Source: Amoebidium appalachense (taxonomy: Eukaryota > Protista > Ichthyosporea). From it: a DNA stretch of 64,000 bases. The notes under the pieces are model-generated. The model did not search any database. It saw only the letters and a program-made list of their open reading frames with translations, and was not told the origin of the DNA. The stretch is from assembly GCA_963693365.1 (NCBI GenBank), contig CAVNZM010000004.1, positions 2,564,389 through 2,628,388 of the forward strand. Direction: 5' to 3'. Positions 1 through 13,252 of the stretch are shown here, one piece after another. Within the stretch, counting starts at the first letter, position 1, and each line of letters starts with the position of its first letter. The translations under genes were made by a program, and so were the position numbers.

Positions 1-550
1 GGGGGGGGGGGGGGAGGGGGGAGGAGAGTGGGGGTTATTCATATGCCTAGAGAGAAATAATGTAGGGTTGTGGGGGGAAATAGCCACATGCATTTTTTAC
101 TTGTGTTGGGGGAGAAGATGGGGGGGGTGGAGGGGAGGGGTCCTACAATAACGGCAGGTATCAAAGTCTACCAAACCCAAATTGCAGTGTGCGTAGTAAA
201 TTAATATTGGCATCCTGCCTCACAGGGGGTGCTGGAGCAGAAGGGCATCGACATTGAAACCGAGCTCAAGGGCGGCGACCTGAGCTACTTCATGGAGCGC
301 ATCCGGCGGGTTATTCCCGACCCATACACGCTGGTCTCGCGGCTGGTGGAGTTCAAAAACACCTACAAGGATGTGCCGCCCGGACCGGATGGCAAGCCTC
401 TGTTCAAGAAGGATGGCTTTGAAAGACTCGAGGCAACATCCCCCCCCCCCCCCCTCCCCTGCAGGCGCCCAACAACTCCACCACCACAGAAAAGATTCTT
501 CGCTTATTTGTCATCCTTGGTTCATCTGCACACACACGCACACCCTAGCC

Positions 551-583
<33 letters not shown>

Positions 584-587
584 ACAT

Positions 588-659
<72 letters not shown>

Positions 660-741
660 CCCGCACGGCCCTTGCTGCCTAGCCAGTTGTTTTTTGCCTT
701 TCCCTGCTCGTTTTTTTCCTTAGCAACCCCATCCCCCCCCC

Positions 742-772
<31 letters not shown>

Positions 773-2518
773 ACACATACACACACACTACCACCACCAC
801 CACCCACCCATCTCTCTGATGTTTGCTTGTGCCCCCACAGTCGCTGCTCGAACACGCCCAAAATGGCTGTCTGTCGGACCCCCCCGGCCTGCCCCTCTAC
901 TACGAGACCACTGCCGACGCAGATGGGCTCATGCGCTACCGCTGCATCCGGGGCACCAACGAGGTGGAGGGGGCAGTGCACAACCCCCTGGCCACCCACT
1001 TTGGGGCCACACGCATGTCGCTGCGCCTGCTGGACGCCACCATGTCCAATAGGCGCCACCGCCACAACCTGCGTGCACACTACCGCAACCGCCTGGGCCA
1101 GGCATCGGGGCCCCCCCACTACAGCCCCTGGATTGTTGACGACATGGAGGCACTGGCGCTGATGCTGTACGGCCATCACCTCGACCCCCAGTGGGTACCC
1201 GTAGGCTGCTACAAGCTACCGGAGGAGTACTTCAACTTTGCCCCGCTCTCCTGTGTGGCCAATGCCCCGGCGCAGGAGCCAGTTGCGGTGCCCGCACCCC
1301 CACCTCCGTCTGATAACATCGAGCCTGCAGCCAATGGCGTGATGGGCGGGCCAGAGGACTGTGAGGTCGAGGAGGGTGACGGTGCTGCCATGGGGGGGGG
1401 CAACCAGGTGGCGCGTGGTGCACCACAGCCGGACCCTGCACTGAGGGGCGACTACAAGTTCCTGGCGCAGAAGCAACATGTGGCCATCCCCTTCCTTCCG
1501 GTGCTTACCCCTCAGGAGCGCAAGCTATTCAGCACGCTGCTCCTGGGCACCTACAAGGCACATGCAAAGCCCAACGGCCAGCTGTTCGAGGCTTTGGCCC
1601 AAGACTTCAACAAGGCTGCCTCTGTGGCTGGGGGAATCTACATGAAGGATGCGGCCTACATCAAGAAGCATTTCGACAAGTGGAAGACCTGGCAGACGGC
1701 ACATGCACAGCGCTCCACACACGAGGGCCTGGCAGATCACCGCAAGCGTATGCGCGAGGAGAGGGCAGACGCTGTGCCAGCAACCATACGGCCTGCCCCC
1801 TTGCCACCCCTCCCTGTTCCAGACGGTGTCGATGCAGGGGCGCAGCGTGAGCGGCCCTTGCCCATGCTAGTGGGCAAAAAGCATCGCAACATTGGCCCTG
1901 AGGGGCCCCTGCAGATGGATTTGCCGGTGCCCCCTCCTATGCAGCCACCCCAGAGAGCCCCCAAGACCTGCAAGACGTGTGGCCGCCAGGGCAAGGGCTG
2001 CCCCGGCTCCAATCGGGCCAAGAGCTGCCCACGTTGGGTTGCAGCCAATCAGGATGCCATGCCACCAGCACCCGCGCTTGACATGCAGCAGGGCCATGTG
2101 CCGCACATGCCCCCTGCACCCCATCCAGGCCCGCACCACCCACATGGCTGGCCCCCACCGTGGGGCATCATGCCGCCTCAGCCCGGCCCTGCCTTCCCCA
2201 TGCCTGGGCTACTGCCGCAGCACGGTCCCCATCCTTACTTGGGCCATGTGGGCCAGCCCTCGGCTGGTGGGCAGTTCCCACCCCCTTCTCGTGCATCTGC
2301 TGTGCTGGGCCTGGCGTTGCCACCTGCTGGAGAGACGCAGCTGCAATGGCACGATCGAAAGCAAAGTAATCGTGGCCGCAAGTCTGCAGGCAGCCAATCA
2401 GGATCTCAGAGTAGTCAGAGTAGCCAAACTAGTGTCTAATATTGGAATGTACACCAATGTAACGGATCTCATATGTGTTGTAGTGCTTCAAGTTATACCT
2501 GTTCTTCGTACAGTCATG

Positions 2519-2553
<35 letters not shown>

Positions 2554-2856
2554 CTAGCTTTCATTCCGAAGTTTACTGTAAAGAATTAAAATTTAGAATC
2601 TGAGTAATAGTACAGAGCCTTTGCACTTTTCTCTGTTTGTTAGGAATTCTTTGTGATCGAGAGTATGGTGTGTTAGACTATTGGTGTTAATGTGTCCTGG
2701 AAGGTGTATAATGTCTGCTGGCCGTAGTCAGTATCTATTTTTAGGTATATAGTATATTTTTAAATGTTGGCCGCTGGCCAATAAATAGCAAATAATAAAC
2801 ACACGATAAAGTCAACAGCGTGCCAAAAAACTAATCCCCAGCGAGCGCACCCAGTG
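1..2856 (+). mobile_element. Putative DNA transposon (right part) ending ...CACCCAGTG next to a (TG)n microsatellite
   Basis: Transposase-like CDS, AT-rich 3' region, then CAGTG at 2852-2856 and an abrupt switch to (TG)n. The left end is not in the window, so TIR and TSD cannot be confirmed. Confidence 0.4.
226..2439 (+). CDS. 3' portion of a DDE-type transposase-like protein (DUF6729-associated, MULE/ISL3-like); exons 226-432 and 841-2439, 5' exons lie outside the window
   Basis: GC3-rich ORF containing CLSDPPGLPLYY...GLMRYRCIRGTNEVEGAVH, which resembles the 'RGTNxxEGxH' catalytic-Glu motif of this family; also IYMKDAAYIKKHFDKW and a C-terminal Cys knuckle CKTCG-x4-CPG-x6-C. Acceptors CAG at 225 and 840; phase-0 join gives DGFERLE|SLLEHAQNG. 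Confidence 0.7.
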
Positions 2857-2857
2857 A

Positions 2858-2879
2858 TGTGTGTGTGTGTGTGTGTGTC

Positions 2880-2931
<52 letters not shown>

Positions 2932-3045
2932 CGCGCGTGCGTGCGTGTGTGTGTGTGTGTGCGTGCGTGCGTGCGTGTGTGCGTGTGTGCGTGTGTGCGT
3001 GTGTGCGTGTGTGTGTGTGAGTGTGTGTGTGTGTGTGTGTATGTG
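2858..3045. repeat. Compound (TG)n/(CG)n microsatellite, representative of dozens of such tracts in the window
   Basis: Directly visible. Confidence 0.95.
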
Positions 3046-4265
3046 TGGTGTGGTGTGTGCGCGGCTTGTACATATGTACGTGTTCATGTGCACCTGTGTC
3101 GGACCTACGAAGTACATGAAAGTAAATTTTGACAGCATCGATCTGCCGGTGTGTATGTGTATGTGTGCCAGTGCAGCAGGTGTGCCTTGTAACTGATAGC
3201 TTCGCATTTTACGTGTGTGTATATATAGTAGTACGCATAGACACTTGCTGATCATTCGGATCGACATTAATATTTAATCTGTCGGTCCTCGGTTTTTTGA
3301 GTGAATGATGATCAAGTGTAAGAGCATTCACTTGGCAAGTATTAATGTTGCAGAGGCTAGCTGCAGCTGCAAGCGTCGGATGCACACTGACAATTGTCTT
3401 TTCAGCGAGTCTAACCTGCAGGCAGCAGCTGCACACATATAGGGTTGTTATCTTGCGGCACATGCACGGTGATCATTTCAGAGTAATAGAGTTCAGAGCA
3501 ATGAAAATAATGAAAATAACTAAACTTTGTGACTACTTTAAAGTTGCTGAGATCATACGTGGTGCAAGCTGCACTATGAACACATGTATAGTGCTAGTAA
3601 TTAATACATTTTTGTTGCCTTCTGCAGGGTTATCGTAGCTACGTCACGGCCTGCACTCAGGGGGGGGGAGGGGGGGGAGAGGGGGGATGATTCGAAGGGG
3701 GTATAAATAAGAACATGCACCTAAAGGTCTTTCCCGTGGATCCTCCCCCCTCCCCCCCCCACCTCTCCCTCCCCCGGGGCCCCATACTATGATATCTAGG
3801 CCCAATATTATATGCCCCTTCCCCCCCCCCCCCCCCCTCCCCCTCTCCGGATCCCCGGACCCCACTTCCCTACCCGGAGGCTCAAGAGCTCCCCCCTTCC
3901 CCTTCCCCCCCCCTCCCCCCCCCCCCCCAAGGCTTACGGGGGCCCTTCTTCATCGAGGGGGAGGGGGTGGGGGTGGGGGGGGTGGGGGGAGGGGGTGGGG
4001 GGGAGGGAAGTGGAAGGCGGGGGTGGATGCATGTCAGCCTAGGTGAATTCAATTGTTTAACTCCAGTGTGCAGGACTGGTCTGAAGGCTTAAGAAAACAA
4101 CGAGGAAATGGGGTCCAGTGGAGGTGGTGGTGGTGTTCTGTGTGTGTGTGTACACGTGCACGTATGTGTGTGGTTTTTTTAAGGGGTGAGTGGTGGTGGT
4201 GGTGGTGGTGGTGGTCACCGTGGTGGTGGTGTGTGTGTCTGGTGTGTGTGTATGTGTGTGTGTGT

Positions 4266-4296
<31 letters not shown>

Positions 4297-5941
4297 TAGA
4301 AAGAAAAACTGCTCGTGGGTCACTGTTTTTCGTCACTGTATTTGTAACGGGCCGCTCATATTTATATAACTACTTTAATTTAAGTACACGTGTTCATTAT
4401 CATATACGATGGCCAAATATAGAAATTTTGGCGTCGAAGTTCTTGGAGCTAAAAAAACGTTTAAAAGGGGGAAATAATAGCTTGGCCCCAAATTTACCTT
4501 GCCGTTTTTAGCGAATGTATTTTTTATTCATGAGTTCTAGTGATTCAGTGAGTGCACGTGCCTGCCTCAGGCTGATCATGACAACTGCAACACACCATTC
4601 CTACATGGATATCAACCAAAAGAAAATAGTATATACTGTGGTGGTCTCCTAAACCTTGTGCGGCATGCGCATACATGATATTACAGTGACGCATGTGCAT
4701 ATTATTGTTCTGTACACCGGAGTGTGCCGGTGCACGTGGCTGTTTTGTGCACATGTTACAATAGCAGCACGATCTCCCTAAACTCCATGTTTACACATCC
4801 CTCACCCTGGCTCTGCCTTGTCGGTGCTCCAAAACACACATACAAATCCCCCTAGACTCAGTGCCTGCACATGGTCGCATTCACGTGCAGGTCACGTGAC
4901 ACATGCGATGCCATACTGCCGTCTACAGCAACAACCACGGCAGCATGTATACCGGCCCAGCACGAAATATACTTATCGGCAGCCCACTGAACTCGCCCAT
5001 TTTCTCTTTTTCATGTATGTCCCTCCTTTTTTGTAAAATCACCCTTTTTGGCCTCCCGGTAGTGGATTTTGCAGGATTTGACTTCTTTGAGGTCCAAAAA
5101 CCTCAAATTTTCCCCGGCGGGGCCGGGGAGGGAGAATTCAAAAATTGCCCGCTCCTGATATGGTACCCGGGCCAAGTTTCTCTACGGTACCGGCCGCGTA
5201 GAGGTAGGGCCGGGAAATGCCCGCCCCAACATCAAGCGCATCTGGGAGACCCCCGGAGTATCACAATTTCGAATGTATATGGATAATAAACAACTTCTAA
5301 CACCGGCCTGAACTCTGTTGATGATAAGCAGCCAAACCCCACATCCCCCACCCACATATATACATAGCCCGCACGGGAACAGCGGTGCAATGCACATGGA
5401 CTGGGTAATCGTGATGTTTTCAAACCCTGGGTCAACCCAAGCGTGATTTGCTGTTGCGAACCAGTACAACGAAGCTTTGGCACAATTGGCTGATCTTTTT
5501 CTTTTGCTACTGCGGGTCCGCCAGCAACTTGCCAACATCCGGCTCCAGTTCAGACCAAAGTATGTCCCCTATCCGATTTAAGCTGAAAGTGTTATGAAAC
5601 AATGTATGATCTACATTCAATTCTTGTATGCACTTCTGTTTCTAGCGTTAGTTTCTAGTACCCTCCCCCGTGTCGATCACGTACAGACAATAGCCTGGGT
5701 TACCCAGCTGAGCATCCCCGGCTTCCGCGAATCAGTGAGTGGTGTCAGTTGGGAAAGGTGTTCAGAACGCACCAATCATAATACACATTTGCTCTGGTAT
5801 TGCCCAAATATGGCAAGTGCTTTTCGCTCCTACACTTACATAAAGCGGGCAAAAAAGGCTTTTTGTCCCCACAGAACATCTGCTACAACAGAACAAAAAG
5901 TCTGGCCCGATTCACGTTTTCCGTTTTTTTCCGTCGATAAA

Positions 5942-6265
5942 ATGGCCGCCTTCCTCGCGAATGCACAGAAGTACATGGACTGCCGTCTTGCCAAGGACAA
6001 CGAATGTGCTCTTGGTTTGGTTGCGGACGACATCGTTTTGGAGTCTACTCGTGACGGGACACACTCTGGACGGGAGGCCTTCAAGACGTACTTGGACAAG
6101 ACGCCACCCACCGGAACATGGGAGCCTGCTCGCATTGATGAGGGCAAGGGAAAGGTTATTATCCCAGGAAAGGTGAAGATCTTGTTTGTAAACGTCGGCG
6201 TTAACGCTGCCTTTGACTTCGACACGGACGGCAAGATCAAGAAGATAGTCATCTCTCGGTCCTAG
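5942..6265 (+). CDS. Small intronless SnoaL-like / NTF2-fold protein (107 aa)
   Basis: MAAFLANAQKYM...LVADDIVLES...HSGREAFKTYL...FDFDTDGKIKKIVISRS matches the SnoaL pattern 'LxADDxv...GxeA...fdxdGKI'. ATG context aaATGG and coding-like codon use. The upstream in-frame extension from 5594 looks non-coding. Confidence 0.75.
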   Translation: MAAFLANAQKYMDCRLAKDNECALGLVADDIVLESTRDGTHSGREAFKTYLDKTPPTGTWEPARIDEGKGKVIIPGKVKILFVNVGVNAAFDFDTDGKIKKIVISRS

Positions 6266-6315
6266 ACAACCTAGGCCGAGGCCGTGCAAGAGCTTCAAAA
6301 GCAACTGATATCTTG

Positions 6316-6379
6316 GTCGCCGATTTCCTTTCAGATCATGTTTTTAGTCGCCAATTTCCTTTCAGGTCATGTTTTTAGT
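6316..6379. repeat. 31-bp tandem duplication downstream of the SnoaL-like gene
   Basis: gtcgcc(g/a)atttcctttcag(a/g)tcatgttttta occurs twice. Confidence 0.9.
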
Positions 6380-6871
6380 TAATCTCGAAATGCTAAAGTT
6401 GCGAACCATAATCCTGAAATTTGAATGTATAAAGGCTTCAGGAGGGTAAGAGACTCGCCAGAAGTGAGGAAGGGGCAGGAACTCCATCCTGAAAATATAA
6501 GTAGTTTTGAGAAGGAACTATGTGTTCTCCTTGCAATTGGTATGCTTATGCCATCTCTACTCCGAACTGTGGTTTTTGAGGTCCGTGATCTAGTTCAATA
6601 ATAACATACACGCGCAACCACATACACCCACACACGTGCACACATGCACGTCCACACACCAGGGCCGTCACACACCCTTCTTCCTCTTCTTCTTTCTCTT
6701 TCTTCTTCTTTCTATATAAGCCTTTTGAGTCTGGCTCTTTCTCTCTTGCAGCACGTACACATTTGCACGCATACACACACACACACACATACCCACCCAC
6801 CCACCCACACGCACACACACACACACACACAAAGGCCGCCAAATACAAACACGAGGGCCGTCACGCACGCT

Positions 6872-6966
<95 letters not shown>

Positions 6967-7628
6967 TTCATGCTCTAACGAAATCTTCCCCTCTCTTTCA
7001 CCACTCTTTTCTCTGCTGGTATCAACCCCCCCCCCCCCCTCCCCCCTCTCCATTTCGGCGTTCTGAGGAAGACCTTTAGCTTAATTCTTGTTTTCTCCAC
7101 CAGCAGCTTATAACCGGCTGATGTCCTTTCCCTACGAAAATCCGGCCCCTGCATGTTCTATTTCTGCATCCTCAGATCACGACACAATCAAGAAGAAGAT
7201 TCCAGGAGAATACCAAAGCAAAATCTATCGTAGGATTTGCACGTATCACATACACCGAAAATGGACAACCCCACATGACGTCAAGTACAGAAGAGAGGGG
7301 GGTGGGGGGAGGGGGGGGGGGGGGGGGGGGGGGGGGGCAGGAAGAGAGAAAGGGAGAGGGAGTGGGCGAGGGAGTTGAACGAGGGAAAGGGAAACCGTTA
7401 GACAGAAACGGGGGGGGGAGGGGGGGGGGAGGAAGACCGGGAGGGAGACTGGGTGAGAGCAAAAGAGAGAAGAGAGAAGTGAACGAGATAGAGATATATA
7501 GAAAGAGAGAGGCAGAAGTACCCTGAAATCACATGGGCCAGAGAGACTCCGAACCAAGACGGGAGGTGGGGATAGACTTGGGGATAGGTAGGGGAGGACA
7601 CATGCACAAGGAAGACGGCAACAGACAT

Positions 7629-7907
7629 GAGCTGTGATGGGGCCTATTACTCCGACTTGCTCTTTGTCACGTGTGTATGGGCACGTAGACGTGCACTTCC
7701 ACGTGTGTGTACGGACCGACTGAGTGTGTGTCTATGACTGAGTTATCTTTCTGTTTAGTGAATAGAGCTGCGATAGGGCCTATCACTCCGACTTGCTCTT
7801 TGTCACGTGTGTATGGGCACGCAGACGTGCATTTCCACGTGTATGTATGGATCCGATTGAGTGTGTGTGTGTCTATAACTGAGTTATCTTTCTGTTTAGT
7901 GAATAGA
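7629..7907. repeat. Intergenic tandem duplication, 2 x ~136-140 bp
   Basis: Units start at 7629 and 7765 (gagctg...ctgtttagtgaata). Confidence 0.92.
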
Positions 7908-8696
7908 TGTGTGTGTTAATCACGGGTTTTCCGTCTCGAGCTCAGTTTGTAACAATTTGTATGGTTTGTTGCGGCGAGGGTGTGAGATTCGTTGTAAGAC
8001 TCGGCAGAACGTAAAGCTCAGGTGGATTCCAGTGTGCGTCGTCCCTGGCGTGTTTAAACGCTCTGCAATTCACTTCTGTATTTGTTGGTACATATTTATT
8101 CTCCAAAAGAGCTTTATAAGTTCACGAGTGCCTCGACTCGAGCTTTGTCTCACATGAGCCCACCTCAGTCACCGTTGCCTCTGCCCTTCCAAAGGCCCCT
8201 AGCCCCCGCCTCCTTCTTCCTCCCCCCCCTCCACCCACCCACCCACCCACCCACCCACACTCCCCACACACACACATTTTCTCCCCCTTTCCCTCTTCAT
8301 TCCTCCCCTCCCTCGGGAACCCGCGGGCCGCCTACCTCCCCCTTCCTACGCGTACGGGCTGTCGCTGACCTGTTGCTGACCGTGACGATTACGTAATCCT
8401 TTGCAGCCATGCGATCGTTTTCAGCCAATCCACAGCAATAATTTTGCGATTACAGCATACCATAGATCCAGCTTGTGTACAGTGTACTGCACGCTACAAA
8501 AGATCTGAGGTGGGCCAAAAATCACTACACACTACAAATCACTACAAATCACTGTAATATCAGACTGACACTGTTCGAGCTCAGACTCGGAGTGTTAGCC
8601 TGGGTGAAACAGGGTGTCAAGGATGTGTTCTTTTTTTACTACTAGTGTTGCAACGACATCGTGGCTCTAGTTATGTGACTTGTACGAAAAGCCGCG

Positions 8697-9740
8697 ATGG
8701 CTAGCGTGGAGACGTTAGGACAGCTTGATGATGACTTTCGAGCCCGGTGGGAAAGAGTGAATTCTTCACTTTCGCAACTAGATGATAGTTTTTGTGGATT
8801 GAGAGCAGGCGTTATGAAAGATGAAGTAGGACGGCTGGAAAGAGCATTACGGCAGCTAGAGAATGCCAAGGAGACGGGCGAGACGCATCTGCAAAACATG
8901 GGGTGGGTTTTGATGCTTCTTAGCACCGATTTCAGCACTAGGCACTGTTCCGTCTATGCTTCCATCTTTTTATGATCTCTCCCTACACTCTTCTCTATAC
9001 TCGCGCTTATGTGCCAAAACGAGCGCTTCCGTGCCTCCCTGCGACAAAATACCTATCATATAGGCACAAGCAGGTACCTATCGAAAAGTTTTTAGAGTGG
9101 ATCTCTAAAGAGTCGACGGTGGTTTGGCTGCTTGAGTGCCGTTTGTGAGTGAAGGTGCTTGGTGAAACTTGCATCTGAGTGTTGTTTTATCTTAGTCTTT
9201 TTGGTTAGACGCCCTTGTGCCCTTCCTCTTTATCAAAAACGTTTGGAATCTGGCAGGCAACTTTCGTGTAGGGCTATGTTTCACGAACAAGATTACTTTG
9301 ACGCCTCTGACACGCGCAAACGAACACCTTGCACAAACTTACATAAAAACAAAAGCAAACTTCTAAGTGTGTACACAGCCTGCTATGCCTACACGTTATG
9401 GGATGGGCACAAAAAACCACACAGCTAGAACTGGGTAATGTGGCTGGCATTTTCAACATCGTTCGTGCCTGCAGGTTTTGAATCTGTGAGAAGTATAACG
9501 CAAAATGCACACCGCACCCTTATGTTCGGCTCCTCACAAGCTTACACACAGCGTCTGCACACGCCCACACACAAACACACAAACATAACGCACACACTTT
9601 GCGGTGATCACGCACACACGCTTACACGCACCACACACATGTGCACACACACAAGCACACGCACACGCGCGCACACACACACACTTACACGCACCTGCAC
9701 ACGCACACGCACACGCGCACGCGTGCGCGCACGCACCGCG

Positions 9741-9783
<43 letters not shown>

Positions 9784-10131
9784 AAGCACAGCGCGCATGC
9801 TCACCCCTACCTGTATATAGTCCCTCACCTGACGCATGCTAGCGATGATATTGCTTCAGCTGCGGTACTCCCTAATTCATAAATACGTTTTTAGATATAC
9901 ATTTGTGTCAATATCATTCCCAATACATCCATCGCACCAAAAACTGACACAGGCCCATTTACGTGTTTCTGCGCTCTCACACATGGGCACCTGCACAGAC
10001 TTAGTGGTATTGGAGGCACAGTGCTGATGGGACGTCTCAAACTCGCCCACACTCCCGCTGTTGCCTTGCTTTAGTATTCTGTTTCTCTTCTAAGGGCGGG
10101 GGGGGTGGGGGTCTTTTTTTTTTTTTTTTTT

Positions 10132-10185
<54 letters not shown>

Positions 10186-10740
10186 CGAACTTTTTTTTCC
10201 GACTTACCTGCATAGCTGTGAATCTGACACGTCACCCAACCACTGCAGGCACGTAAAAACCCACCTGGAGCGAAAATTGAAAGTGGGCGAATTTATGTTC
10301 AAGGCCGACCAGGCAGCAGACCAGCGGCAGTACAGAGACCTGCTTGAGTGCATGGTCAGGAGCCAAGCCCACTTGGACTCGGTCACACAAAAATTCGACG
10401 CTGTGAAATTTCGCTTGGGGGTTTTGCAAGAAGTAATTACACTGAAAAAGGAGCAGAAGTTTTTGGTTAGGAGCTTGTTCTACGGAGGGGGGGGGGGAGC
10501 ATGTGATGTTGTTGTTTGGGAGGCGGGGAGGAGGGTGGTATGTTTGAAGCAGACACATGGTGACTTGATTGGAGCCGATGAGGCAAGGAGGGTTCTGGTG
10601 GTGGCTAAGCAGTGTGTGGATGAATGCTATGAAACGGCTGAGCTCGCCTTAAAGTTGCTGGTAAGGCCCGCTTTGATCCATTAATTTCTAGTTTCATTGA
10701 GTTAAAATGAGTTAATATGGGAGTTTATTCCCCCCCCCCC

Positions 10741-10771
<31 letters not shown>

Positions 10772-11949
10772 ACACATACGGAGTTCTTTCAACCCTTTCA
10801 AGGGTCTATGTGGCCGTCTCATCTACCATATGCACGTATTGTAAGCATGGAATTCTCTCTTTGCTTCTAGCACCCATCGAATTCCTTCTCTTCTCTCTCT
10901 CCCCTCCCTCCCCCTCCCTTATCCCCCCCGTGCCCCCAAACACACACACGCACACACACACATACACACACACACACACACACACAAGTTCCTCCTCCAC
11001 ACTGCCCCGTTTTCTCACTATCCCATACCCCATTGCCTATTTAGAACACATGATACTCACATGCACACACACCCTGTTGAAGAAGTTAAGGTATGTGTCT
11101 GGTGGTGGTGGTGGTGGTGGTGGGGGGGGGGGGGGAGGGTCGGTCCTGGCAGGGAGAGAGATAAAGTACATTTGGGCATTGTGAAAAGAGTAGGTGTGGG
11201 GTTGTGGTGGCAGAGGGGAATGTGGGAGCAATTCTGTTAAGGGAGGAGGATGGATGGAACTCTCCCCCTACACGAGACCACCCCCCTTTCCACACACACA
11301 TGGAGTTAGCATTTAAGCTTTGCTCTCTTTTTCTGATGTCACCCTTCTGACCCCCCACCCTGAGTAGGACAATAATGTATATCTTTGCATACCTCTAGTT
11401 GCACGTCTCCCCCTCCCCCCGCCCCTCCCCCCTTCTGGGGGCAGTTGCATTCCTTCCTGTTAATAGCAAGTACACAAGGACACTCAACACAACACAACCA
11501 CACACACGGGTCATTTTCTGTCTCAGCCCCCCCCCCCCTTCCCCTCCCCCTCCCCCCCATATCTCCCCCTCTTTCATTCAAGGGGGACAAAACGGGGGGG
11601 GGGGGGGGGGGGTGGGGAGGGCGGAAGAAGGAAAGAAAGAAAAGAAAAGACGTCTCAACACTCCATCACCACTATCCGACCGACGCCCCAGTGAGTCACC
11701 TCATGCACAGCCTTTTAATTGATCCCTGTATAGGGTGTTGTGATAATGCACCAATCGTTGGTCAATGCCTTTCTTTTGTATCATGTGTTCCTAACCTACC
11801 TAATCGTCCTGCCCCCCCACCCCACCCACCCCACCCACCCCAAGCCCACCCACCCACCCCCCCCCTCCCCTCTTCCTCCCCCCTTTCCCTCTCCCTTTCC
11901 CCCCCCCCCGGCATGCCCGCTCTTCGGACTCACCTACTGGTGCGCGCGT

Positions 11950-11997
<48 letters not shown>

Positions 11998-12296
11998 ACA
12001 CACACACACGGACACACACACACACACACACACACACAGCTGATGACACGTTCTGAGCGGCATGCGGCAGGGCACACACACAGTGACGGGCAGCTATTAA
12101 TTGCCACCCACACCCACCTGTCTGCCTGTCTGGCCCACCTATCATCATCCACCCTGCAGCAATTCTATGCCCTGCACCCATCATCCATAGTGCCCAGCCC
12201 GGCTCTGCCTAGCCCGGTATCACCCCCCCCCCCCCCCCCCCCCCCCCCCCCATCCCCCCCCCCCCTCCCCCCCCCCGGGGCCTCCCTCCCCCCCCC

Positions 12297-12327
<31 letters not shown>

Positions 12328-12759
12328 AAACACACAAACACACACAAACACACTACCTGCCCGCTCTCCGCCCCCCATCCTCACTACCTGCTACCCCCTT
12401 ATCATGAGGCTTTCTTCCTACCTTCACCCCCTTCCCCACACACTGTCTCTCTTAGCAACCCCCCCCCCCCCCCCCCCCCCCCTCCCCCCCTTTATTTTCT
12501 TTCTTAAAAAGGCTTGGTTTCAGGTTTTGTGTTTTTATAACGTTTTCCTTTGTATTTTGATGTCTCCACCTCCATAAGTTTAACCCACTAGTGGATATGC
12601 TCCACCTCCCCCCTCCCCCCATTCCTCCCTCTCCCCCTCTTTTTCCCTCATCCCCTCCTTTCCACGCACAAACCCTCTTCCCTCCCCCCTTATGCCATTT
12701 TTGATTGTGACGAGCATACGGGCTGGAGCAGAGTTCGAGTCACTGAGCCCCCTTAGTGG

Positions 12760-12829
<70 letters not shown>

Positions 12830-12922
12830 GTGTGGTGGTGGTGGGGGGGGGGGGGGGGGGACTCGCTCACACACACGACCGGCATTCGCGCACGCACGTA
12901 TACATACACACACACGCGCGCG

Positions 12923-13007
<85 letters not shown>

Positions 13008-13252
13008 ATACACACACACATGTTTTGACCCCAATATTAAATCCCATGCAGGGCAAAGACAACCCCAAAGGCTACAGGCAGCATGCACGGCGCAAAGTAC
13101 ATCTGCAAGCCGTCAGCCTGTGGGCACGAATTGCACAACAACGCATAGACGAGGCTCTAAATCTCACCAGCCAAAAAACGGAGCAAGAGAGGGAAATCAT
13201 CGACAGTTACACAAAAGCAAAAGCACACTACTATTCTCTGTGTGTGGAAATG
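8697..13252 (+). CDS. Hypothetical helical/coiled-coil protein; exons 8697-8902, 10249-10465, 10553-10660, 12040-12216, 13052-13252; 3' end unresolved (possibly to ~14076)
   Basis: Five GT-AG bounded segments join in consistent phase ([21 protein letters not shown]...|[15 protein letters not shown]...|[13 protein letters not shown]...|LMTRSERH...|[15 protein letters not shown]...). No family recognised. Confidence 0.6.

Noticed and set aside
3150-5540. Possible minus-strand exons (VRLAEKTIVSVHPTL..., ...HAWVDPGFENITIT...) and TE-like stretches at 3645-4040, 4320-4550 and 4940-5280
   Set aside because: Could not assemble a phase-consistent gene or find matching TIRs/TSDs.
5594-5941. N-terminal extension with a signal-peptide-like start on the SnoaL ORF
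   Set aside because: Composition looks like promoter/UTR; the domain begins at ATG 5942 in good context. Not excluded without RNA data.
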